Below, one piece after another: positions 1-9,745 of a DNA stretch of 64,000 nucleotides (position 1 is the stretch's first letter; each line of letters opens with the position of its first letter). The notes beneath the pieces are model-generated. The model ran no database searches. It was not told the DNA's origin and worked only from the letters and a program-made list of their open reading frames with translations. A program made the position numbers and the translations under genes. This DNA comes from Fonticula alba ATCC 38817 (taxonomy: Eukaryota > Protista > Nucleariida), in assembly GCA_000388065.2 (NCBI GenBank), contig KB932204.1; one strand, written 5' to 3'.

Positions 1-14
1 CCATCTCGCTGGCC

Positions 15-398
15 ATGAGCAAATATGGATCCGGCATGAAGGCCCCTTCGGCACGCGTGTCGGAGCACCAGATTGAGCAGATTAAGGCGGCCTTTTCCTC
101 GGAAGAGCCCCCCTCCGTCAGGGATTTGGCCATGAGTCTTGGCTTATCCAAAATGACCCTCTATCGGGAGTGCAAGAAGCTGAATCTGCCAACCAGGGGA
201 CGGCTGCCGCCTCGCTCGCTTCTCGAAACTCTGGGCCGCTTGCACTTCGAGCAGGGCATCTCGAAGAAGGACGTTGCATTGCAGATGGAGTTACCCCAGT
301 CCACGGTCAATCGCTATTTCCGGCTATACTTCACTCCAGACGGGCAGATCATCGAATCGGTAGCGGAGCCGCCGCCGACAGGCAAAGCCCAGCAATAG
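15..398 (+). CDS. Small intronless protein with two helix-turn-helix-like motifs (putative DNA-binding protein)
   Basis: 127-aa ORF in a gccATG context. PSVRDLAMSLGLSKMTLYRECKK and GISKKDVALQMELPQSTVNRYFR both fit the HTH pattern (x-A-x2-L/M-G/E-x-S/P-x2-T-L/V-Y/N-R). It may be the last exon of a gene starting before the window. Confidence 0.6.
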   Translation: MSKYGSGMKAPSARVSEHQIEQIKAAFSSEEPPSVRDLAMSLGLSKMTLYRECKKLNLPTRGRLPPRSLLETLGRLHFEQGISKKDVALQMELPQSTVNRYFRLYFTPDGQIIESVAEPPPTGKAQQ

Positions 399-511
399 CT
401 CGGGCTCCTGTGGAATACACCAACTAGATGCCGAAAGGTCGTGTGCTTGTACAAAGGGGGGGGGCGGGGGGATTGCTCCACGTTGCCTGGATCCTACCCA
501 AGAGTGGCATT

Positions 512-593
512 CCCCCCCCCCCCCCCCCCCCCCCCCCCACCCGGCCCGTTTCCCCCCCTCCTTGGGGAAAAAACCCCGCACATGGCGCACCCG

Positions 594-672
<79 letters not shown>
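512..672. repeat. Poly-C run (about 27 nt) followed by a poly-G run (about 78 nt)
   Basis: Seen directly: C run at about 512-538 and G run at about 595-672, between two convergent genes. Run lengths may be sequencing artefacts. Confidence 0.8.
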
Positions 673-673
<1 letters not shown>

Positions 674-930
674 AGGAGACGGTCTGGTGTGGTCCTTGAT
701 CGGAGAGCCCCGAGGGATGGCCAGCACAATGTGCGACGCTCGGCCGGGTGTGGGACGGTCTTGATTTAGTTTCCCTTCCATGGGGCTGTGGGCTCCGCGT
801 AAGACGAGGGGAGAGAAAGAAGAAACCCACCGAAGAAGTAGGCGGACATCACTGGCTGGCGGGCAGAAAGGGCGGATGCGACAGGGAGCGTCTATTCGGC
901 CGGAGGCAACAGCGAATTGGGGGGTTCGGC

Positions 931-3900
931 TCATCGGAGGGCCAGGGCCATTGAGCCGGCGATGTCAAGGGCCCCGGTGATCAGGGCTAAAACCTGGGCC
1001 CGAGAGGTGGAGGTGACCTGAAGGTTGAAGGGAGCGGCGTTGAGGGCGGCACGGAGGCGATTGGCCAGGCGGCTCCAGGACTGGCTTGGAGTCTCGATGG
1101 GGGATTTGGATGGCTCCAGCGAAAGGCGCGGAGGGGTTTGACGATGCCGGACCGAGCGCCGGGTGTCGAGATGATCCGAGGCCATCAATGATGGAGGGGT
1201 CGGGATCATGGCCGACATGGGGAAAAAGTAGAGGAGACAAAAGAGATTGTACCAATCGGCTTCGGAAAAGTGCTTGGGATGCAGGTTGCTTGGGGGGCCG
1301 GGAGGATCCCGGGGCGGTGGGCCGAGAAGCGGCCCCTGGGCATCGGATGAGGTGAAAAGGCTGCTGAAGGACTCGAGGTAGGGCGAGGCAAAGGAGGGGC
1401 CCTTGACTGGGGCAGGTGCCGGGGCGGTGGCCGGGGGGACGGACGATTCGATGAAGGGCTGGATGATGCACTTGCAAGCGATCGAAATGAGCGTTTGGAT
1501 GGAAACCACCGCCGGCATTCGGGAAAACGCCGTCAGGCCAAGGAGCTCCGGGGAAGACAGGCGATATTCCGGGCGATTGGGAGCCGGACGCCCTGACAGG
1601 AGCTCATCTTGCGCGTATAGCTGGTTGAAAATGATCAGGCTTTTGAAGCATTCATCCGGGTCGGGTGCCAGGCTGACCAGGAGCAGGAGGAGGCCTCGTG
1701 TGGCGAAGCAGTTTGGCAAATGGGCAACAGGAGTCGCTGAGGTGGTGATCGGAGCAACATGAGCGCCTGTCAGGATCTCAAGCAGACCAATGCACAGGCG
1801 CCCGTAAAATTGCCGCAGAGAGGCGCGAACGTCAGGTGTGGTGCGCCGGTCTCGATGCTGGGGAAAGAGAGCGATTACGGAGAAAAGAACCGAGTCGCGG
1901 AGGGCATTCTGCGATGATGGTGTTGGTTCGTGGTGTCATATGGTCATGGTTGTGTGCGTGTGCGTGTGCGTGTGCGTGTGAAAGTGAGAAAGAGAGGAAG
2001 AGAGGCAGCGGGAGCGATCACGTCGGCATGTGTGCCTGTGGGAGTGCAGGAAAAGGCATTTGTCCGACGGATCATGGTTTGGCGGGGGAAAGAAAGAAAG
2101 GGAGGGAAAAAAGGGAAAGAGATCATCGGAGGCCGCGAATGGAGGAGGGAGGCCTGGAAACGCACCGCACAGTGGCCGGCACGATGGAGGAGCTCTCCCG
2201 GGATTCGGCTCAACATGGTGTCCAAGATGGAGAGGGCCTCACGGAGGGGGGTATAATGTGGCCGAGCGCGGCGCTGGTCCAGCAGGCAGACAATGAGCGC
2301 CGATGTGGCGGCGGCCCAGTCGGCCAAAAGGGCTTCCAAATGTTGAGTGCCCCTTCGAAATGCCGGCGCCCCGGGAACCGTGACAACGATGTGCATCCTG
2401 CGGGGAAATGCACAGGTCAGATGGCTTGGTAGAGAGAGAGAGAGAGAGAGAGAGCAGGAAGAGGAAGCTTGGCACACTTGCCCCCGGGGGGAGGGCGGGT
2501 CAAATGCGGAGAAAGATGGCGCTACCTACCTGAGAGAAACCCACTCGGCAAATGCCAACACGATCAGGACGGCTCCCTCGGCATGGAGATCCTCAGGAGT
2601 GGGAGCCAGGACCGGCGGGGCGGATTGTGACTTTCGGCGGCCCGGAGTCGTCGGAGTGGGCGGAGCTAGAAGGCATCCCCGACGGCCTGGGCGCCGGGGG
2701 GTGGACGGGGTGTCAGAAGAGCCGCCATGGGTGCGGACGCGGGGGAGCCGACCCGGGCGGGCGATCTCCAGGGCCACGGGAAAAATGGGTCTCTTCGAGT
2801 CGACCCCCCGGCCTGGGACCGGGGTGCTGGGAAGTGTGCTGCCATTCGGGCGGTTGGTGGACAGGAGCACATGAGCAAGAGCCGGTAGGGGCTGTTGAAG
2901 GCGATCTGCCAGGAGTCGCTTCGGGGCAGCCCAGCCGAACACCACGGAAAGGGGATTGTCCGCGTCCTGGATCCGGGAGGCAGATGCCGAGGCGATGGCG
3001 GCCCTGGTCACGGCGAGCAGGATGTCACGGAAGAGGGCCAGCGCCCGCCGACGCAGGAGAATCGCATCCGGCACCGGAGCCAGCAGGATGTCGGTCCAAA
3101 GGAGATGTGCAAAGGACAGGGCCAGGCGGAGGTCGCCGGCCATGAGGGCGGGAAGCCAGGCGCGGCTGATGGTGTCGAGGAGGCGCTCGAAGGTTTCATC
3201 GGGCTCTTGAGGATCGTCGGGCGAATGTGTCGGGCAGACGGGGCGAAGGGTCTGCAGATGGATGTGAAACTCGTTGATGACCAGCGAGGCGGTGAGGCTG
3301 GCCTTGGTGGAGGAAATGGCGTCCTCGATTTGGGTGAGGGTGGACGCCTCGCCCGGGGAGAAGAGGCTAAGCTGGGCCTTCGCCGTGGCCGAAGTGGCGG
3401 GCGCCTTGCCGGGGGGACCTTTCTTGCGGGAGATGCGCAACGATCGCCGGACAGGGGTAGGTGTGACCAGGGACTCAGATCCGGCTGGGAGGGGCGTCTC
3501 CGGGCCTCGCTCACGCTTGGCCGGCAGGGAGCCAGTGGGGCGCTTGGGCACACGCCGGGGCCGGGCAGGGGGATCTGCCTCCGGAGCATCCGCCGGCGGA
3601 GGTGGGGATTGTGGCGCCAGAGCCGGCGGGCTGCGGCGCGGCTGGGAGGGCACATGCACGCCGAGAAATGGTGCCGGCCCGGGCGGCGAGGGGGGACCGG
3701 CCGGCAGGGGCTCCGCAGAGGAGGGAACCGAGGCCGGGGGGGTAACCAGGGAGAAGGGCAAAACCGGCTCGAAGAGCGGGGCCGGGGTCAGGAACAGGGG
3801 TGCCGGAGTGGTGGACGGTGCCGGGGCAAGGGCCACGGCCTCCAGGCCATCCGAGCCCCGAAAGCGCAGTGACCGCTCGAACTCATCGTCGGACTCGAGG

Positions 3901-3941
3901 TCCGCCAGGGCGAAGAGGGAACTCTCCCAAGGTTTGGACAT
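931..3941 (-). CDS. Hypothetical multi-exon protein (Pro-rich disordered N-terminus, helical Leu-rich core)
   Basis: Three protein-like segments on the minus strand: 3941-2526 (471 aa), about 2440-2130 (QHLEALLADWAAATSALIVCLLD) and about 1770-931 (LLLLLVSLAPDPDECFKSLIIFNQLY). They are separated by CT/CA-microsatellite intron-like tracts. No family recognised. Confidence 0.55.
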
Positions 3942-4256
3942 GTTATGCGCCCGGCCACAGCAGGCACAAGGTGCAGGGAGGGGGCGGGGGGCGGGGGGCG
4001 GGGGGGGGGGGAAGGGGGAAGAGGGGATGAGTCGGCCACGCGGGGCTTATGACCAGGGGGCCGGGTGTGGCATAGGCGACGAGGGGCGCAGTGGGGAGGC
4101 GAAAAGGAGGAGGAGGCCAGGGCCGGGCGGCGAGTGAGTGGAGTTGCTCTCCGGAGCCGTGGGACTGTCGGGAGCTGGGGTGGAGAAAAAGAAGAACAGT
4201 CTCACCCGCCTCGCGTGAACCCCCCGGATGTGGGGGCGCGGGGCAAAAGGAAACAC

Positions 4257-4330
4257 TGTCCGAACCAGGACTCGAACCTGGGACATTCTGTGTGTTAGAC
4301 AGATATGATAACCATCTACATCATTCGGAC
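4257..4330 (-). tRNA. tRNA-Val(AAC)
   Basis: Reverse complement GTCCGAA...TTCGGAC-A forms the acceptor stem; anticodon arm TCTGT-CTAACAC-ACAGA; T arm CCAGG-TTCGAGT-CCTGG; a TTTT terminator lies a few nt downstream. Confidence 0.95.
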
Positions 4331-4822
4331 ACAAGGTGGTGGTGCCGCGGCTGGCACTTATTTGTAATTTTTGCAGGCGCGAGGTGTGCGCCACCCTGCC
4401 GCGTGAAACCCCGCTCGGTTTCTTGGGACTTTTGACGGGGGGGGGGGGGGGCACGCCCTGGGGCGATCAAACCAGCGTGGTCCGGATGTGGGCGCGCGGA
4501 AATCCCCGCCCCGGACATGACACCGGATCGGAGGCCGTGAGGCCCGCGCGACGGGAGACTTCCGCGGCCAACCCGAGCACCAACGGTACCCCCTCTCGGG
4601 GCATGGCCCTAGGAAGCCGCCAATGCTCTCCCGCCCTCCCTGGCTTTTTTCTCTCTCCCGCCCTCGGAACGGCTGTGATCTTCAAATGAAAAAAGCCCGC
4701 CCGCGAATCGGCCCCCCACCGTCGCCGCCACGCCCCCCTGCGATGCAGTCGTGATTCTGGGGCCCCGGTTGTTATGGGGCTTTCCCGGGATCCCCGCTTG
4801 CAGGCCTGACTGCGATATGCCT

Positions 4823-5500
4823 TCACGTGAGGGTAGAATGCCATGGAAGTTTCTCCGGTGGATAAAAGCCCAGGCCCCAGATTCCTCCAGCAAGGTACTG
4901 CGCTCCATCCCTCGGAGGCGCCCCTAAAATGATGGCATCCTTCTGGTCCCGCGGTCCGGCTTCTCTGTCTGTCTCTTTCAAGAGACCCCACCGCTGAGGG
5001 TCCAGCTCCACCGCGGGGGGGGGGGGGGTAGGATGCGGCCGAGCCATCGGGCCGCCCAAGCAGGACGGCATAGGCTTTGGCGTGGAACCGGAGGACCGGA
5101 AGTAAGTCCCCCTGCCCTCGGCCTCCTCGGCGTCCTCTTCGGCACCGGAGGGGGCGCCGACAAAAGTTGCCCGCAAAGAGATGGACCACCTGCCCGATCC
5201 CTGTGCAGGGACCGGCGCCCGAGAGCTCGAGGGGATGTAGATCGGTTTGGGCCACGATTGCCGCCTCCGGGTGTGTACGACAACAAGGCGGCCTGGGCAG
5301 GCGCCAGCCTCCCGCTGGCCACCGCCAATCATCCACCAAGGAAGACCGCCGCCGTTTCCATAGGAGGGGCGACCCAGGGGAGCCCCAGATTCGATTGCAC
5401 CTCCACCATCAAGGCTGCCGCCGTAGCCACCAAGGAGAGGGGCCAGTCGAGGAGCCACATCCGCCCACTGGGTGGGTGGAGGATGCACGAGGACACCCAA
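4823..5500 (-). CDS. Possible coding exon of an unresolved hypothetical gene
   Basis: Open frame with C/G-ending codons (e.g. GCC GAA GAG GAC GCC GAG GAG GCC GAG, AEEDAEEAE). No recognisable domain, and the sequence lies near a gap. Confidence 0.2.
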   Translation of the reverse strand: MGVLVHPPPTQWADVAPRLAPLLGGYGGSLDGGGAIESGAPLGRPSYGNGGGLPWWMIGGGQREAGACPGRLVVVHTRRRQSWPKPIYIPSSSRAPVPAQGSGRWSISLRATFVGAPSGAEEDAEEAEGRGTYFRSSGSTPKPMPSCLGGPMARPHPTPPPPAVELDPQRWGLLKETDREAGPRDQKDAIILGAPPRDGAQYLAGGIWGLGFYPPEKLPWHSTLT

Positions 5501-5943
5501 GGCACCGCGTTGTCGCTGTCTCCCTTGGGGACCGGCCGAAGTCCGCGCCGCCGAGGAACATCAGACGAACCGGCGCGCGCACGACAAGCCTTCTGGAAGA
5601 TCCTCCGTGACCTCATGACCCAGGGTTAGGGTCACCCCCGCGGTTGGAAGGTCATGTAACCTCCGTTGGCAGAAGGGAATCCCCACGAATTCATCGTCCT
5701 TTCACCAGGGCGCGCGCGGATCCGCGCGCGCCCCCCCCCCCCTCATGAGAGCCGCCAATCGCAAGGGCACCGAGCCTGTTATTGTTACAGGCCCACGGGC
5801 TGCTCGGGCCGGTCAGCCCCCCACGGGACGGTCCGGGGGGTGACTCTCTCCCTTGCCCGGGGCCGTCGTCAGGTTCGCATCTGGCGGCGGCTTCGCCCTC
5901 TTGCCCTTCGCAGGGCGCTCCAGCGAGTGGGGGCGGGGCGGGG

Positions 5944-6263
5944 NNNNNNNNNNNNNNNNNNNNNNNNNNNNNNNNNNNNNNNNNNNNNNNNNNNNNNNNN
6001 NNNNNNNNNNNNNNNNNNNNNNNNNNNNNNNNNNNNNNNNNNNNNNNNNNNNNNNNNNNNNNNNNNNNNNNNNNNNNNNNNNNNNNNNNNNNNNNNNNNN
6101 NNNNNNNNNNNNNNNNNNNNNNNNNNNNNNNNNNNNNNNNNNNNNNNNNNNNNNNNNNNNNNNNNNNNNNNNNNNNNNNNNNNNNNNNNNNNNNNNNNNN
6201 NNNNNNNNNNNNNNNNNNNNNNNNNNNNNNNNNNNNNNNNNNNNNNNNNNNNNNNNNNNNNNN
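5944..6263. other. Assembly gap (N run)
   Basis: Run of N, with a G-rich left flank. Confidence 0.99.
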
Positions 6264-6974
6264 NGTGCACCCTCGATGTGATGTGCTCGGGGGGGGGGGG
6301 ACGCCTTGGTCCTGGGGGTGGCGTCAAAAATTGTGCACGAGCCCGGGGCCGGGCAACGGGTCGTCCATCTTTTTGCTGAGCCCCTCGCTCTGGCACGATG
6401 GAAAACCGCCCGCCGTCAACGCCGGGACCAAGCCCAAGGCACCGGACCACCCCGGCATCTGGGGCCGGCCGGATCTGGTCACCCCTTCCCTGGGCGGCAT
6501 CCGGTGGGGCAACCCGCCCCGAAGGGAAACGTATGGCTCGAACCCCGGGCAGAAGGAAAATGGGCCACTGGTTGGGTATCAAGGGGGCGGGGGGGGGGGG
6601 GGACGGCGGGCACCACCCCACCACCGCCCAGCAAGGGGGACGCGGGGCGGTGGGGCGGCGGCGGTGGCGGGGGGGCGCCCGTCACTCTTTGCAGGCCACT
6701 CCAGCGGGCGGAGGGGGGCGATCAAAAGGAGCACGGCACGCTCGGGTCATCGTGGGTACCCCCACTTGGTGGGCGGCCCTCGCGAAACTTGCTGGGCAGG
6801 CCCCTGATCGATCAGGCGCCCCGTCGCTCCGGGACTGGTGAAGAGAGCCACAGCGAGAGAGACCCGGCGAAAGACGGAAGGGCATATCAGGCCGACTCGA
6901 GGGGCGGCGGATACCGGGGCATGGGCTCATGCGTAGACACACGGGAAGCATGGAAAGCCCCCCCCCCCCCCCCC

Positions 6975-7575
6975 NNNNNNNNNNNNNNNNNNNNNNNNNN
7001 NNNNNNNNNNNNNNNNNNNNNNNNNNNNNNNNNNNNNNNNNNNNNNNNNNNNNNNNNNNNNNNNNNNNNNNNNNNNNNNNNNNNNNNNNNNNNNNNNNNN
7101 NNNNNNNNNNNNNNNNNNNNNNNNNNNNNNNNNNNNNNNNNNNNNNNNNNNNNNNNNNNNNNNNNNNNNNNNNNNNNNNNNNNNNNNNNNNNNNNNNNNN
7201 NNNNNNNNNNNNNNNNNNNNNNNNNNNNNNNNNNNNNNNNNNNNNNNNNNNNNNNNNNNNNNNNNNNNNNNNNNNNNNNNNNNNNNNNNNNNNNNNNNNN
7301 NNNNNNNNNNNNNNNNNNNNNNNNNNNNNNNNNNNNNNNNNNNNNNNNNNNNNNNNNNNNNNNNNNNNNNNNNNNNNNNNNNNNNNNNNNNNNNNNNNNN
7401 NNNNNNNNNNNNNNNNNNNNNNNNNNNNNNNNNNNNNNNNNNNNNNNNNNNNNNNNNNNNNNNNNNNNNNNNNNNNNNNNNNNNNNNNNNNNNNNNNNNN
7501 NNNNNNNNNNNNNNNNNNNNNNNNNNNNNNNNNNNNNNNNNNNNNNNNNNNNNNNNNNNNNNNNNNNNNNNNNNC
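6975..7575. other. Assembly gap (N run)
   Basis: Run of N flanked by poly-C; right edge approximate. Confidence 0.95.
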
Positions 7576-7807
7576 CCCCCGCCTTCCCTCCCACGCACAT
7601 ATACGCCTCGACTGCCCCTCCACACAGCTCCCCCTATCCTCTCCTTGTCCTCCCTCTCCCTGTCACCACTCCCGGGATCGAGTAGCCCCCAGCTCCCCCC
7701 CCCCCTTCCGGACCCCCCCCACCCTTCGCACCTGATCCCGGCGCTGCCCCGCTTTAAGAGCATCCTCCTTTTTCCACACACACCTACACACCCCTCGACG
7801 GCTTGCC

Positions 7808-9100
7808 ATGTCCGCTACCCCGGACAAGTTCACCTTCAAAGTTGTCCTTCTTGGAGAGGGTACGTTGATTGTTCGATTGCCGGAGAGACTCCCACAAAAC
7901 TTCATCCCCCTCTGCACGCTCGCTTCGCCCCCCCCCCCCCTTTTGTCCTCCGACACAGACAAACAAATGCACCCAACCACGCGCACATGCTGAACCGCTG
8001 CTCACCCGGCTCCCCGCTCCTCCAATCTCGCACAGGATGCGTCGGTAAGACCTCCCTTGTCTTGCAGTACTGCAAGAGCCAGTTCCGTGACAGCCATGAT
8101 GTTACGCTTCAGGCCTCCTTCCTGACAAAGCGCTTCAATTTGAAGAACAACCGCGTGGAGCTGCACATCTGGGTACGGGGCTTGCCTCATGTGTTGCCTT
8201 TCTCCCTCTTCCTCTGCCCTCCTGCCACACATCTGACACCTCCCCTCGTCCCCCACTCAGGATACCGCTGGCCAGGAACGCTTTCACGCACTGGTGCCCA
8301 TGTACTACCGCGATGCCGGCGGTGTTGTTCTGGTTTACGACATCACCGACCCGGTCTCCTACCAACGCGTGCGTTCCCCCCCCCCCCCCCCCCCCCGCCC
8401 CCTCCATATCAGTCCCTCTCTCTCTCTCTTCCTGTTCCTCTCCAAGCCAGCATCTGACACCATCCCTCGGCTCCTTTCCAGATGCAAAACTGGTTGATGC
8501 AGATCCGCTCGCTGCTTGGGCCGAAAGTCCCGATCATCATCGTCGGCAACAAGAGCGACCTGGACCGGAATCGCAAGATCTCCAAGGAGGATGCGCAAAG
8601 GTGCGTGCACATGCCCCGGGCCCCAGCTTCCAAGTGCATTGTCTATCCCGCGCGCGCGCGCGCGCCCCCCCCCCTCCCCCCGCCCCCCCATGCTAATGCA
8701 TCCTGTCCGCGCTTGATCTAGCTATGCCACCGCCAACTCGGCTCTCTTTACGGAGGCCTCGGCCAAGATGAACTCCGGCGTCGAGCAGCTGTTTGTTTCC
8801 CTTGCTGGCGGTCCGTCACCCCTTCCCTCTTCTCGCATCTTCCATGCCGCCAAGCGTGCCCCCTCTCGCATCCTGACAAAGTATCCTCTCGACATCTCTT
8901 GCTTTTGCCGGGGGAAAAAAAAAACAGCCATGCTCAAGGCCGAGGAGGAGAAGCGTGCCTCTGGCGCGGCATCCGGCGGCGCTGGGACAAGCAACAGCTA
9001 CAACATTCACGGCGGTGCGGCGCCCACCGTCCGGCGTGGTGTTACTCTGGCCGCCGATGAGGACCCTGCCGAGGCCGACACCTCCAAGTCCTGCTGCTGA
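7808..9100 (+). CDS. RAB21: Rab21-like small GTPase, 6 exons
   Basis: Spliced product FKVVLLGEG|[11 protein letters not shown]...[10 protein letters not shown]...IW|[11 protein letters not shown]...YYRD...|...IVGNKSDLD...|...EASAK...SCC*. All introns are GT-AG and in frame (e.g. 7860-8035, 8173-8260, 8369-8481, 8601-8721). The LLGEGCVGKTS and TLQASF motifs are characteristic of Rab21; there is a C-terminal CC prenylation motif. Confidence 0.93.
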
Positions 9101-9677
9101 GCTGCCGTATCCCCTCGAGGAGTGTGACTGTTGGTCCCCACCCTCTCTCTCTCTGTCACACACACACACACACACACAAACTCCCACTTTCCCTCAACCT
9201 CACCTCCCCTCTGATACCTACAAGCCGCACATCCCCCCACACCCACCCACATCCATGCACACACACACACACACACACACATACACATGTTCACAGCAGG
9301 CGCGGGGAGCACCATTGCGTGCACGCATCAAGGCACGCGCACGTGCACGCAAATGTCTCCTCCCTCCTTCACCCAAGTGACGCCGCCTCCTGTCCTTGCC
9401 CTTCTTCCTCCTGTCTCTCCCCTCCTCCCTCTTTCTATCTTTTCACAACACTTCCCCCTTGGTGCGCGCCGCCTTGCTGGACGTGCGCCCTCCTCCCTCC
9501 TTTACGCGCACTCCCGTGCGCGCGCGTACGCGCCCGACACCCGGCGCACAATATAAACTGCCCAAAAATCGGACAAGCGAATTGTGTGCGCCATCGCGCC
9601 CTATATAGTGTACATGTGTGCTCCCCTCCTGTCGTCGTGGGGAAGTAACGAACCCCCTTCGCCACGAAAAGAGCGAG

Positions 9678-9723
<46 letters not shown>

Positions 9724-9745
9724 GAGATATGCCTCTTGCGAACTT

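Noticed and set aside
5621-5632. Telomere-like CAGGGTTAGGGT
   Set aside because: Fewer than two full TTAGGG units; expected by chance.
5710-5731. Perfect 22-bp palindrome GCGCGCGC-GGATCC-GCGCGCGC
   Set aside because: Mostly self-complementary (GC)n microsatellite, which is common in this window.
4340-6974. Possible tRNA-adjacent retroelement (ARARQAFWKILRDL and HWLGIKG look vaguely like non-LTR RT motifs)
   Set aside because: No YADD/FADD, endonuclease, gag or integrase motif, and no LTR, TSD or poly-A tail. The peptides come from GC-rich shadow frames.
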